From: Hyphomicrobiales bacterium
GTDB taxonomy: Bacteria; Pseudomonadota; Alphaproteobacteria; Rhizobiales; OSC116
Reading direction: 5' to 3'
Length of the DNA: 64,000 nucleotides
Assembly (NCBI GenBank): GCA_013214705.1
Contig: JABSRZ010000006.1
Location: forward strand, 391-64,390
A program made the position numbers and the translations under genes. Below, piece after piece: positions 52,623-63,106 of this stretch (position 1 is its first letter; the number at the start of each line of letters is the position of its first letter). The notes beneath the pieces were generated by a model. The model was not told the DNA's origin and searched no databases. It saw only the letters and a list, made by a program, of their open reading frames with translations.

Positions 52623-54904
52623 TGAGTGACTTAAACGTGGTAGGCAAACCCCACCTGCATGACAGCGCTAAAGGCCATGTCAGCGGCACGGCTATCTATA
52701 TAGATGACCGGCCGGATTTAGCTGGCACATTGCACATTGCGCCGGGCTATGCAGATGAGACATGCGGCAGCATAAAATCCATCGATTTAAGCGCAGTTAA
52801 AGCCGCTGAAGGTGTGGTTTGCGTATTAACCGCGGCCGATATACCGGGGGTTAATGATTGCAGCCCGGCAATGGGCGATGATGAGATATTCGCCAGTAGT
52901 GAAATTACCTTTCATGGCCAAGTGGTGTTTGCGGTGGTGGCCAAAACTCGTATTTTGGCACGGCGTGCGGCAAAATTGGCCAAAATTGAGATTGAGACCA
53001 ATGAGCCATTAATAACCGCCAGTGACGGGCGCAAGGCCAATGCCAGCGTATTGCCGACCTATAAATTTGAAGGCGGCGATGCCGATTTGGCCATCAGCAA
53101 TGCGGCGCTAAAAATAACCGATCAGCTAAAAATTGGCGGGCAGGAGCATTTTTATTTAGAAGGCCAGATTGCCCTAGCGATACCCAAAGATACGGGCGAA
53201 TATATAATCTATTCCTCCACCCAACATCCGGCCGAAATACAACATACCATAGCCAAAATGTTAAACCTGCAAGACGCGGCCGTGGTGTGCGAAACCCGCC
53301 GCATGGGTGGTGCATTTGGCGGCAAAGAAAGCCAAGCTGCGCAGTGGGCAGCCATAGCGGCATTGGCGGTATTTGTAACCGGCAAGCCAGCTAAAGTGCG
53401 GCTCGACCGCGATGATGACATGATGATGACCGGCAAACGCCACGATTTTGACTGCCAATGGAGTGTTGGATTTGACCAAAATGGCGTGATTGAAGGCATG
53501 AAAGTGAATTATGATGCCCGCTGTGGGGTGTCGGCCGACCTTTCGATGGGCATTAACGACCGGGCGATGTTCCACACTGACAATGCTTATTTTTACCAGA
53601 ATTTTGACATCACATCGCACCGGGTGCGCACCAACACCGTATCTAACACCGCATTTAGAGGGTTTGGTGGCCCGCAAGGTGTGCTATTTGCCGAACGAAT
53701 GATAGAAGGCATTGCCATTAAAACTGGGCGCGACCCATTGGACGTGAGATGCGCTAATTTTTACCGCGAGGGCAAACAAACCACGCCTTATGGCATGCAG
53801 ATAGAAGACAATATCATCGCCGATATTGTGACTGAATTAGAAGCGACCTCTGACTATAGAGCGCGGCGGCGCGAGATAGAAAAATTTAACCAAAATAACC
53901 GCTACCTTAAAAAAGGCTTGGCGTTAACACCGGTTAAATTTGGCATCGCGTTTACGCTTAAACATTTAAACCAAGCCGGGGCGCTGGTGCATGTTTATGC
54001 CGATGGCAGCGTGCAGATAAACCATGGCGGCACCGAAATGGGGCAGGGGCTAAACACAAAAGTGGCACAAGTGGTGGCCGAAGGGTTCGGCATCGATTTA
54101 AGCCAAGTTTACATAACCGCAACCAGCACCGATAAAGTGCCCAATACCACCCCCACTGCAGCTTCTAGCGGTAGTGATTTAAATGGTAAAGCCGCGCAAG
54201 TTGCGGTGGAGAAAATTAAACAACGGCTTATTGATCTGGCCGCAAAACTATATGATGTAGAGACAACTCAAATTGAATTTGCTAACAATCAGGTGATTTG
54301 TGGTGAGCATAAATTAAGCTTTGCCGCGCTGGCCAATAAAGCGTTTTTAGCGCGTATTTCACTGAGCGACACTGGGTTTTATTCGACCCCCAAAATCACT
54401 TGGGATAGAGACAAGAAAACCGGCAGGCCGTTTTTATATTTCTCTTACGGCGCGTCATGCAGTGAGGTGATAATTGACACTTTAACCGGTGAGATGAAGG
54501 TGACGCGGGTGGATATATTGCACGATGTTGGCAACTCGATAAACCCGGCGATTGACATTGGCCAAATTGAGGGCGGGTTTGTGCAAGGCATGGGCTGGCT
54601 AACCACCGAAGAATTGATGTTTGATGGCAAAGGCCGCTTAACCACCCATGCACCATCGACCTATAAAATACCCACAGCCTATGATGTGCCAGAAGATTTT
54701 AGAGTGAATTTAAACCCTTCTAATGGCAATTTGGAAAACACCATTTATAAATCTAAAGCCATTGGCGAGCCGCCGGTTATGCTGGCGACATCGGTTTATT
54801 GTGCGGTGTTTGATGCCATTGCCAGCCTGAAAAAAGGCGCTGTGCCAAACTTGCCTGCGCCAACCACGCCAGAAGCTATATTAAACGCCATTAAGGCGAT
54901 ATAG
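52622..54904 (+). CDS. xdhB: Xanthine dehydrogenase molybdopterin-binding large subunit
   Basis: 760 aa with RRMGGAFGGKE and AFRGFGGPQG motifs. TGATG overlap with xdhA. Confidence 0.9.
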   Translation: MSDLNVVGKPHLHDSAKGHVSGTAIYIDDRPDLAGTLHIAPGYADETCGSIKSIDLSAVKAAEGVVCVLTAADIPGVNDCSPAMGDDEIFASSEITFHGQVVFAVVAKTRILARRAAKLAKIEIETNEPLITASDGRKANASVLPTYKFEGGDADLAISNAALKITDQLKIGGQEHFYLEGQIALAIPKDTGEYIIYSSTQHPAEIQHTIAKMLNLQDAAVVCETRRMGGAFGGKESQAAQWAAIAALAVFVTGKPAKVRLDRDDDMMMTGKRHDFDCQWSVGFDQNGVIEGMKVNYDARCGVSADLSMGINDRAMFHTDNAYFYQNFDITSHRVRTNTVSNTAFRGFGGPQGVLFAERMIEGIAIKTGRDPLDVRCANFYREGKQTTPYGMQIEDNIIADIVTELEATSDYRARRREIEKFNQNNRYLKKGLALTPVKFGIAFTLKHLNQAGALVHVYADGSVQINHGGTEMGQGLNTKVAQVVAEGFGIDLSQVYITATSTDKVPNTTPTAASSGSDLNGKAAQVAVEKIKQRLIDLAAKLYDVETTQIEFANNQVICGEHKLSFAALANKAFLARISLSDTGFYSTPKITWDRDKKTGRPFLYFSYGASCSEVIIDTLTGEMKVTRVDILHDVGNSINPAIDIGQIEGGFVQGMGWLTTEELMFDGKGRLTTHAPSTYKIPTAYDVPEDFRVNLNPSNGNLENTIYKSKAIGEPPVMLATSVYCAVFDAIASLKKGAVPNLPAPTTPEAILNAIKAI

Positions 54905-54911
54905 GCGCAAT

Positions 54912-55856
54912 ATGCAAGTTTGGGCACTGATAAATGACAGTCTAAAAGCCGGCGAGGCCTGCGCTTTGATTTCGGTGGTAGCGACCAAAGGCTCGACCCC
55001 ACGCGAAGTTGGTGCGCGCATTGTGACCCGCGCAAATGGCGGGTTTCATGGCACAATTGGCGGTGGAAATTTGGAGCATAAATGCCTGCATTTGGCGTTA
55101 GATATGTTGGCTGATGCCGCACCGGACTATCATTTAGAACGGCATTTATTAGGCCCAGATATGGGCCAATGTTGCGGTGGCGCGGTGACAATATTGATTG
55201 AGAAATTCAGCCCCGACATGCAAAACCCAGAAATGCAAAACCAAGTGCAGTTATTTGTAGATGCCGAGGTTAGGGGTAAATTTTTTACCTTGGCGCAGCT
55301 GGCTGACAATGTGGTAAAACGCAAGCTAATAGACGGCGAAGCGGAGGGACTTGGGCTTAAAGCTGCCAACCAAATAAGTGAACAATTTGGCCAACAAAAA
55401 TTACCAATATATTTGTTTGGCGCTGGCCATGTCGGGCGGGCGTTAATGCTAAATTTGGCGGTTCTGCCGTTTGATGTGACTTGGGTGGACAGCCGAAAGA
55501 GCGAATTCCCGCCAGCTGTGCCAGCAAATTTTACCAAGATCTTTTTAGAACAACCACATGAGGTTTTGGCCACCGCGCCCGATGAGGCGCAAATTATTGT
55601 TTTAACTCATGACCATGATGTGGATTTTGACATTGCGTTAACCGCACTAGAAATGAACCGGTTTGATTATGTGGGTATGATCGGTTCGAAAACCAAAAAA
55701 GCGCGGTTTAAAAGCCGTTTTAAGGCCGCTGGTTTAGACAAACATTTAAGTGACAAATTACACACGCCGCTTGGCATTGTCGGCATTAACTCTAAAAAAC
55801 CGGCGGCCATTGCGGTGTCGATTGTGGCCGAAATTTTGAGTAGAAAAGAAATTTAA
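54912..55856 (+). CDS. xdhC: Xanthine dehydrogenase accessory/maturation protein
   Basis: XdhC/CoxI pattern (ALISVVATKGSTPREVGARIV .. LFGAGHVGRAL). Confidence 0.85.
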   Translation: MQVWALINDSLKAGEACALISVVATKGSTPREVGARIVTRANGGFHGTIGGGNLEHKCLHLALDMLADAAPDYHLERHLLGPDMGQCCGGAVTILIEKFSPDMQNPEMQNQVQLFVDAEVRGKFFTLAQLADNVVKRKLIDGEAEGLGLKAANQISEQFGQQKLPIYLFGAGHVGRALMLNLAVLPFDVTWVDSRKSEFPPAVPANFTKIFLEQPHEVLATAPDEAQIIVLTHDHDVDFDIALTALEMNRFDYVGMIGSKTKKARFKSRFKAAGLDKHLSDKLHTPLGIVGINSKKPAAIAVSIVAEILSRKEI

Positions 55857-55868
55857 AGCTGTCTATAT

Positions 55869-57176
55869 TTAAGTGCGAGTGTGCAGACATTCACCGGCGA
55901 CATAGGTGGCGGATATCGCCCGGTCATCGCCCAAAATAGCCAAGGCGAATAAGGCATCATTTAACGATTCTGAAATTTGTTGCCGCGCGGCCAACAATGG
56001 GGTCGCCACTGGGTCTATAATGATGAAATCTGCCCAATTGCCAACTTTTACCGAACCTATCTCATGGTCTAGGCCCAGAGTTTTGGCATTGCCCAAAGTG
56101 GCCATGTAAAACCCTTCTAAGGCGCTGAAACTTATATTGTTAAACGATGCGACTTTAAACGCCTCGCCAATGGTGTGCAGCATAGAATAGCTGGTGCCGC
56201 CGCCAATGTCGGTAGCCAAACCAACATCAATTGGCCGTGAAGCTTGGCGCAGATGGCCTAAATTAAACAGGCCAGAGCCTAAAAATGTGTTGGATGTCGG
56301 GCAATGTACAACGGTCGATTGGGCTTGGCTAAGGGCAGCACATTCGCGCTCCGAAAGGTGAATGGCATGGCCGAAAAAGCTGTTTTTTTGCAGCAGGTCA
56401 TATTGCTCATAAACCGCGGTATAATCTTTGGCGTTGGGAAACAGATTTTTGACCATCTCGATTTCTTCAGCGCTTTCAGATAGATGAGTTTGCATATAAC
56501 AATCGGGATATTTTTGATATAATTCGCCAGTGAGTTGCAGCTGTGCCTCGGTGGAGGTGATGGCAAAGCGCGGGGTAATGGCGTAGCGCAAGCGGTTGTG
56601 GCCATGCCATTTTTGCAGCAAAACTTCGCTGTCTATCGCGCCTTGTTCGGCTTGGTCTAATACATTGTCTGGGGCGTTTCTATCCATCATGGTTTTGCCG
56701 GTAAAAAACGCCATATTGCGCTTGTCTGCAGCGTTAAACAATATATCTGTTGCGCCTTTATGTACCGATGAGAATGCCATGGCAGATGTGGTGCCGTGGG
56801 CAAGCAGAAAGTCCAGAAAATGCTCGGCGGCATCGGTTGCATGGCCAGCATCTACATATCTGGCTTCTTCTTTAAAGGTGAATCTGGTCAGCCAATCGAG
56901 CAGGTTTTTGCCCGGAGCGGCCAGCATCCGATATTGCGGGAAATGCAAATGCGGGTCGATAAAACCGGCCATAAGATATTGATTATTATAGTCAGTTATA
57001 GGTAATTTGACATATTGTTGCGGCAAATCTGATTTATCGCCAACCCATATAATTTTGCCCGCTGCTGATGTGACCAGCGCGCCCTTTGGATATTGGGTGA
57101 CGGCTTTTTCGGCTAGATATTGCGGGTCATCGTGAAATGTAATGATGTATGCACAGATGATTTGTGGTTGAGTCAC
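55869..57176 (-). CDS. guaD: Guanine deaminase
   Basis: Amidohydrolase HxH (FIDPHLHFPQ) and guanine deaminase-like pattern. I prefer the GTG at 57176, which overlaps the uraD stop as GTGA. The ORF-track ATG at 57215 would overlap uraD by 43 nt. Confidence 0.8.
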   Translation of the reverse strand: MTQPQIICAYIITFHDDPQYLAEKAVTQYPKGALVTSAAGKIIWVGDKSDLPQQYVKLPITDYNNQYLMAGFIDPHLHFPQYRMLAAPGKNLLDWLTRFTFKEEARYVDAGHATDAAEHFLDFLLAHGTTSAMAFSSVHKGATDILFNAADKRNMAFFTGKTMMDRNAPDNVLDQAEQGAIDSEVLLQKWHGHNRLRYAITPRFAITSTEAQLQLTGELYQKYPDCYMQTHLSESAEEIEMVKNLFPNAKDYTAVYEQYDLLQKNSFFGHAIHLSERECAALSQAQSTVVHCPTSNTFLGSGLFNLGHLRQASRPIDVGLATDIGGGTSYSMLHTIGEAFKVASFNNISFSALEGFYMATLGNAKTLGLDHEIGSVKVGNWADFIIIDPVATPLLAARQQISESLNDALFALAILGDDRAISATYVAGECLHTRT

Positions 57177-57670
57177 TGGACTTGATCCTCTATTCGGAAC
57201 ATGAATATGCGGCATATATTTTCAAGCGCGGTGGCAAATTCTTGTTGCGGATTGTTGTTTATTCGTTGTTCAAACCCTGCCAATATTTGGTGTTTATCCG
57301 CGCCTTTAACCGCAAAAATAAACGGGAATTTAAACTTGGCTTTATAACTGGCATTGAGGGCTGTAAAGCGTGTTAATTCATCTGTTGTCAGACTATCAAG
57401 GCCAGCACCGGATTGCTCAGAATGGCTATCGGCGGTGAGTTTAGCTTTGCCCGCCAAATCTGGATGGGCGATGATCAGCGCCAATTGGGCAGGTCTATCG
57501 GCTTGGTTTAGCGCGTGGCAAAATCCATCTATCATGGCCTGTTTGCTGGCAAACGGGCGCGCTGTTGCCGCCGCTGTTGCCACCCATGGCGAATGTTCGG
57601 CAATGTCGGCAAAATTAATGGTAAATGCATCGACTGACATGGCATTAACCTGAGCAAGATTATGAGCCAT
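57173..57670 (-). CDS. uraD: 2-oxo-4-hydroxy-4-carboxy-5-ureidoimidazoline (OHCU) decarboxylase
   Basis: 165 aa with IAEHSPWVA .. IIAHPDLAGK .. FPFIFAVKG pattern. Confidence 0.85.
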   Translation of the reverse strand: MAHNLAQVNAMSVDAFTINFADIAEHSPWVATAAATARPFASKQAMIDGFCHALNQADRPAQLALIIAHPDLAGKAKLTADSHSEQSGAGLDSLTTDELTRFTALNASYKAKFKFPFIFAVKGADKHQILAGFEQRINNNPQQEFATALENICRIFMFRIEDQVQ

Positions 57671-57673
57671 ATA

Positions 57674-58867
57674 TCATTCCTGCGCTGCTAGCCATGCGGC
57701 CAATTGGTCACGTTCGGCTTGGGTCATATTGGTTTCATTGCCCAATGGCATGGTGTCGGCTTGTACCACATTGGCATGAATTAGATCTTTAAATTTGCGA
57801 ATGCTTTCGATGGAATTTATCACCACATTTTTAGGTGGCTGGTCGAACGACTCGTGGCTAGGGGTGATGGCATGACAAGATATGCAATGTTGGTTTATCA
57901 TGCCCATTACCGCTTTGTCGCTTATGATGTCGCCCGCTTGCTTCTGCCCCACTGGTGTGCTGGCAGGCATGGTCATATACATAGCCGCGGCCAAGGTGAT
58001 GAAAATTACCGGCAATGTCCAGACATAGCTTTTAAGCGGGGCATGAATTTCGTGTTTGATGATCAGATGCCGCAATATAGCGCCACCAACAATGATTAAG
58101 CCAACCAATAACCACGCTTGCGGGTGGTTAGAAAGCAGCGGATAATGCCCGCTGACCATCATCACCAAAACCGGCAAAGTTAGATAGGTATTGTGGATAG
58201 AGCGCTGCTTGCCAATTTTGCCATATCTGGCATCGGGTTTTTGGCCATTCAGCAATGAGGCGACGATTTTCTTTTGATTGGGGATGATGATGCTAAACAC
58301 ATTGGCGGCCATAATGGTGCCAATAAATGCCCCGACATGGATGAGCGAGGCGCGGGCAGAAAATACATGGGTGTAGAAATAAGAAGCCGCCATAATCAGC
58401 AAAAATGTGACCAGCATCAATAAATTGGTGTTTTGGCCGATAGATGATTTGCAAATGGCGTCGTAAATAAACCAACCGGCAGCGAGGCTAACCATTGAAT
58501 ATATAATGGCGGTTTGTGGCGCGATGTCGAGCACGTTGACATCGACCATATACAGGTCAGCATGCCAATAAAATTGCACAATCATCAGCGCGATGCCGCT
58601 GGCAAAGGTTAAATAGGCTTCCCATTTATACCAGATCAAATCTTTAGGTAATTCGGGCGGGGCAACTAGAAATTTTTCGGTATGGTAAAAGCCGCCGCCA
58701 TGGACTTCCCACGCGCTGCCGAGCACGCCCTTTTTTTGGTGTTCACGGGCTTTGAGTGAAAAATCTAACGCCACAAAGTAAAATGAAGCGCCAATCCAGC
58801 CGATGCCGACAATGAGGTGAAACCAACGAATGAGTAGATTTAGCCACTCCAATATAAATGGTGACAT
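57674..58867 (-). CDS. puuD: Membrane cytochrome-c urate hydroxylase
   Basis: WLNLLIRWFHLIVGIGWIGASFYF N-terminus, multiple TM helices and a C-terminal haem motif CISCH. Confidence 0.8.
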   Translation of the reverse strand: MSPFILEWLNLLIRWFHLIVGIGWIGASFYFVALDFSLKAREHQKKGVLGSAWEVHGGGFYHTEKFLVAPPELPKDLIWYKWEAYLTFASGIALMIVQFYWHADLYMVDVNVLDIAPQTAIIYSMVSLAAGWFIYDAICKSSIGQNTNLLMLVTFLLIMAASYFYTHVFSARASLIHVGAFIGTIMAANVFSIIIPNQKKIVASLLNGQKPDARYGKIGKQRSIHNTYLTLPVLVMMVSGHYPLLSNHPQAWLLVGLIIVGGAILRHLIIKHEIHAPLKSYVWTLPVIFITLAAAMYMTMPASTPVGQKQAGDIISDKAVMGMINQHCISCHAITPSHESFDQPPKNVVINSIESIRKFKDLIHANVVQADTMPLGNETNMTQAERDQLAAWLAAQE

Positions 58868-58879
58868 GGGGTTTATCCT

Positions 58880-61048
58880 CTAAGCTTGGCCAGATTTTAA
58901 CAAGGCATAACGTTTGGCATGCAAAATAGGCTCGGTATAGCCAGATGGTTGATTAATGCCCTCGAATATTAGCGCGCAACTGGCGGTGAAAGCCAGTGAA
59001 TTGTCAAAATTTGGCGACATGTTGATATAAGCGGCATCACCAGCATTTTGGCCATCGACCTTGGCCGCCATGTCTTGCATAATTTGCATCACTTGCGCCT
59101 CGCTACATACTTCATGCAGCAACCAATTGGCGATATGTTGGCTCGAAATGCGCAACGTGGCGCGGTCTTCCATCAGGCCGATGTCATTAATATCGGGCAC
59201 TTTTGAGCAGCCAATGCCTTGGTCTATCCACCTGACCACATAGCCCAATATGCTTTGGGCGCTCATCGCCAAATCATGTTCTATCTCGGCTTGTGAGAGT
59301 GAATTTTTGCCAACAATTGGAATGTTAAGCAGGTCTTTTAGCGGCGGTAAATCGCCATCTATAGCGGTTTGCACTTCGGCTACATTGACCTGATGATAGT
59401 GGGTGGCGTGCAATGTGGCGGCAGTGGGTGAGGGCACCCACGCGGTGCTCGCCCCGGCATTGGGGTGGCCAATTTTTTGCGCCATCATATCGGCCATTTC
59501 ATCGGGCATTGCCCACATGCCTTTGCCAATTTGGGCTTGACCTTTAAAGCCACAATCTAGGCCAATTTGCACATTGCGTTGCTCATAGGTTTTTATCCAA
59601 TTCGAGCTTTTCATCGCGCCTTTGGTGACCACGGGCCCAGCTTGCATAATGCTATGAATTTCATCGCCAGTTCTATCTAAAAACCCGGTATTGATGAAGA
59701 AAACCCGGTTTTTAACTGCGCGGATGCATTGTTTTAAATTGGCGCTGGTGCGTCTTTCTTCATCCATAATGCCGATTTTTAGGGTGTTGGGCGCAAGGCC
59801 TAATAGGTTTTCGACGCTTAAGAAAATCTCATCGGCAAAGGCCACTTCTTCTGGCCCGTGCATTTTTGGTTTAACGATGTAAACCGACCCATGCTGACTG
59901 TTTTTAAAGCCGCTATGGTTGGGGTTTAAATTGTGCAAAGCGATGAGCGCGGTGACGAAGGCATCCATAATGCCTTCGGGAATTTCGCTGCCATTATGCA
60001 AAATCGCGTCGCTGGTCATGAGATGGCCAACATTACGAATCAGCATGAGGCTACGGCCTTTAAGCGTGGCGGCTTGGCCTTTTATGTCGGTATATTCTAT
60101 GTCGGCATTTAATTTGCGGGTGATGGTTTTGCCGCCTTTGACCATATTGATCGATAGGTCGCTTTGCATTAAGCCCAACCAATTGCTGTAAACCGCAATT
60201 TTTTCGGCAGCATTTACCGCCGCGACGCTGTCTTCGCAATCCATAATTGTGGATAAAGCCGACTCGACCATTATATCGGCAATGCCAGCTGAATCTGTGC
60301 TGCCAATTTGGTTGTCACGGTTAATTTTGATGATGATGTGCAGACCGTTATTTTTAAGCACAATGCCGGTAGGCGAAGCTTCACTGCCTTGATGGCCGAT
60401 ATATTTGTTTGCCTGAGCCAGAGAGGTTTTGCCATTTTGGCTGGTCACAATAAGTTGGCCATTTTCGATGGTTAGCGCAGTAGCCTCGGTATATGAGCCG
60501 TCTTTAAGCGCAAAATGCTGATTGAGGAAATTACGACCCCAGGCGATGGCTTTGGCGCCATGGGCCGCGTCATAACCAGTGGTTGAAACTTCAGACTTGT
60601 CGGCCAGCACATTGGTGCCATATAGCGCATCATAAAGGCTGCCCCAACGGGCGTTGGCGGCGTTTAAGGCATAGCGCGCATTGTTAATAGGCACTACCAA
60701 TTGCGGCCCGGCTAAGGTGGCAATCTCTTCATCTATATGACTAATTTCGATTTTGAAATCATCATCTAAAGGGGTTAAATAACCAATTTTTTCAAGGAAA
60801 TCAAGATAGGCTTGGCTATCAGTTATTGGCCCCGGGTTGGCTTTATGCCATTCATCTTGCTGTTGTTGCAAGGTTTCACGCTTGGCCAGCAAGGCTTTGT
60901 TTTTGGGCAATAAAGTTGTCAGCGCGGTGTCTAACCCGCGCCAAAAATGGCCAGCGTCTATGCCCGAATTGGGAGTGACTTGTTGGCCAATAAATTCATA
61001 TAAATTGGCATCGATGGCCAATGCGCCCAATTGAATGCGGTCTGTCAT
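58880..61048 (-). CDS. glcB: Malate synthase G
   Basis: 722 aa, colinear with GlcB (for example NARWGSLYDALYGTN, MDEERRTS, GMWAMPD). Confidence 0.95.
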   Translation of the reverse strand: MTDRIQLGALAIDANLYEFIGQQVTPNSGIDAGHFWRGLDTALTTLLPKNKALLAKRETLQQQQDEWHKANPGPITDSQAYLDFLEKIGYLTPLDDDFKIEISHIDEEIATLAGPQLVVPINNARYALNAANARWGSLYDALYGTNVLADKSEVSTTGYDAAHGAKAIAWGRNFLNQHFALKDGSYTEATALTIENGQLIVTSQNGKTSLAQANKYIGHQGSEASPTGIVLKNNGLHIIIKINRDNQIGSTDSAGIADIMVESALSTIMDCEDSVAAVNAAEKIAVYSNWLGLMQSDLSINMVKGGKTITRKLNADIEYTDIKGQAATLKGRSLMLIRNVGHLMTSDAILHNGSEIPEGIMDAFVTALIALHNLNPNHSGFKNSQHGSVYIVKPKMHGPEEVAFADEIFLSVENLLGLAPNTLKIGIMDEERRTSANLKQCIRAVKNRVFFINTGFLDRTGDEIHSIMQAGPVVTKGAMKSSNWIKTYEQRNVQIGLDCGFKGQAQIGKGMWAMPDEMADMMAQKIGHPNAGASTAWVPSPTAATLHATHYHQVNVAEVQTAIDGDLPPLKDLLNIPIVGKNSLSQAEIEHDLAMSAQSILGYVVRWIDQGIGCSKVPDINDIGLMEDRATLRISSQHIANWLLHEVCSEAQVMQIMQDMAAKVDGQNAGDAAYINMSPNFDNSLAFTASCALIFEGINQPSGYTEPILHAKRYALLKSGQA

Positions 61049-61089
61049 AAAGTGCCCTTGATATTAATGCTGGTAAAATTGGCTCAATT

Positions 61090-61107
61090 ATAGGCTCTAA
61101 AGCCTAT
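61090..61107. promoter_or_regulatory. Dyad in the glcB / LysR divergent promoter (candidate LysR site)
   Basis: ATAGGCT-CTAA-AGCCTAT perfect 7-bp arms. Confidence 0.3.
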
Positions 61108-61164
61108 TTAAGTATATCAAAAAAAATTGATTTTATTTTCAATATTTTTTTGATAATGTAAATT

Positions 61165-62070
61165 ATGGCTAGATTAGAAGATATGAAATTATTTATGCGG
61201 ATTGTCGAAAAGCAGAGTTTTTCGGCTGGTGGGCGAGATATGCGGTTATCGCCAGCGGTGGTATCGAGCCGGATGGCGCGGTTTGAAAAATATTTAAACA
61301 CCAGACTATTCATTCGCACCACTAGAAAAGTGCGGGTGACCCAAGCTGGCCGCCGCTATTACGAAGATTGCCAAGAAATTTTGCACAGAGTGACCATGGC
61401 CGAGGCGCGGCTAGGCACCGAAGATGATGAGGCCACAGGCATCATTCGCTTAAGTGCCTCGACCTCTTTTGGCCGCACTTATTTGAAAGATTTTATTGCT
61501 GAATATAGCCAACGCTACCCCGACATTGCGGTGCATTTGCAAATTACCGATAGATTGGTGGATTTGGTCGGAGAAGATATTGACTTGGTATTTAGAATAG
61601 CTCCGCTGAAAGACATGAGTTTCAAGGCGCGGATATTTCAGGAGGTGAAACGTTATATATGTGGTTCACCAGATTATTTTGCAGCTAATGGCGTACCGCA
61701 AACCCCGCAAGAGCTGGAACAACATAATTGTCTATTGCTGCGGTTTCCCGGTTCGCGGTTATTTCGTTGGCCGTTTGAAAATGAAGATGGTGATTATGAA
61801 ATTGCGGTGTCGGGCAATTTGGAGTCCAACCGCGGTGATGTTTTGCTGGATTGGGCGGTGCAAGGCCGCGGGCTGGTGCTTAAGACTTGGAACGAAGTTG
61901 AAGGCTTGGTCGGGGCAGGTAAATTGATGGCCATAATGGGTGATGAATTGCAGCAAAATTCATATTTGCACGCCATTTACCCGTATAATACCCATTTGCC
62001 AGCGCGGGTAAGGTTGTTTTTGGACACGCTAGCGAATGAGCTTAAAAGTGGCAAATCTTGGTTGGCCTAA
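61165..62070 (+). CDS. LysR-family regulator divergent from glcB
   Basis: LysR HTH (FMRIVEKQSFSAGGRDMRLSPAVVSSRMARFEKYLN) plus effector domain. Confidence 0.9.
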   Translation: MARLEDMKLFMRIVEKQSFSAGGRDMRLSPAVVSSRMARFEKYLNTRLFIRTTRKVRVTQAGRRYYEDCQEILHRVTMAEARLGTEDDEATGIIRLSASTSFGRTYLKDFIAEYSQRYPDIAVHLQITDRLVDLVGEDIDLVFRIAPLKDMSFKARIFQEVKRYICGSPDYFAANGVPQTPQELEQHNCLLLRFPGSRLFRWPFENEDGDYEIAVSGNLESNRGDVLLDWAVQGRGLVLKTWNEVEGLVGAGKLMAIMGDELQQNSYLHAIYPYNTHLPARVRLFLDTLANELKSGKSWLA

Positions 62071-62083
62071 AACCAATACAGAT

Positions 62084-63106
62084 TTAAAACTTAAAGCTAG
62101 CTGCATAATCATCAATTGCCGCCACATGTTTATCTATAGCTGCTTGTGGTAAAAATGAGCCGATAAAGCTATTTTTCGCCAGCAAAGTCAGTTCAGCAAT
62201 AGACAAGTTAAGCGGGTGAGCGACCGAGCGGTAATTGTCATTCATATAGCCGCCAAAATAGGCTGGGTCATCAGAATTAATGGTGGCGATGATGCCGCTT
62301 TCTAACATGGCTTTTATCGGGTGTTTGGTCATATCGGTGACCACCTGTAATTTTAAATTAGACAAGGGGCAGACGGTGAGGGCGATTTTTTGTTTGGCGA
62401 TGCGGGCGACTAATATTGCGTCATCCATACATCTATTGCCATGGTCTATACGGTCTACATTGAGCAAATCTAATGTGTCATATACATATTCTACCGGGCC
62501 TTCTTCGCCAGCATGAGCGACCAATTTATAGCCTTGGTCTTTGGCCATTTTAAACACAATTTCAAATTTTTCTGGTGGGTTGCCAAGCTCAGATGAATCC
62601 AACCCCACGCCGGTTAGCAGATGTTTAAATGGCTTGGCTTGGTTTAAAGTTTTGATGGCGCTGGCTTCATCTAGATGGCGCAAAAAACACATGATGAGTT
62701 TAAAACTAACCCCCAATTCGCCGCCCACTTGGGTGAGCGCGTTGTGAATGCCGGTTATGGCGGTTTTAAAGCTGATGCCGCGCTCTGTATGGCCTTGCGG
62801 GTCGAAAAACACTTCGACATGGCGGGTGTTTTCGGCCGCGACTTTGCGCAAATAGGCCGCCGTCAGATCGAAAAAATCTTGCTCGGTTTGCAGCACATTC
62901 ATGCCCATATAATAAATGTCTAAAAAATCTTGCAGTTTAGAAAATTGATATGCCGCCTTTACTTCCGCAATCGATGTATAGGGAATATCGATGTCATTGC
63001 GGCGGGCAAACTCGAACATTTGTTCGGGTTCTAAAGAGCCTTCTAGGTGTAAATGTAGCTCGGCTTTTGGCAGGCCAGCTATAAACTCATCGATATTTGC
63101 ATTCAT
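62084..63106 (-). CDS. add: Adenosine/adenine deaminase (ADA family)
   Basis: LPKAELHLHLEGSL metal motif and SDDPAYFG near the C-terminus. ATG at 63106 is preceded by GGAG. The ORF-track start 63154 is less likely. Confidence 0.85.
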   Translation of the reverse strand: MNANIDEFIAGLPKAELHLHLEGSLEPEQMFEFARRNDIDIPYTSIAEVKAAYQFSKLQDFLDIYYMGMNVLQTEQDFFDLTAAYLRKVAAENTRHVEVFFDPQGHTERGISFKTAITGIHNALTQVGGELGVSFKLIMCFLRHLDEASAIKTLNQAKPFKHLLTGVGLDSSELGNPPEKFEIVFKMAKDQGYKLVAHAGEEGPVEYVYDTLDLLNVDRIDHGNRCMDDAILVARIAKQKIALTVCPLSNLKLQVVTDMTKHPIKAMLESGIIATINSDDPAYFGGYMNDNYRSVAHPLNLSIAELTLLAKNSFIGSFLPQAAIDKHVAAIDDYAASFKF

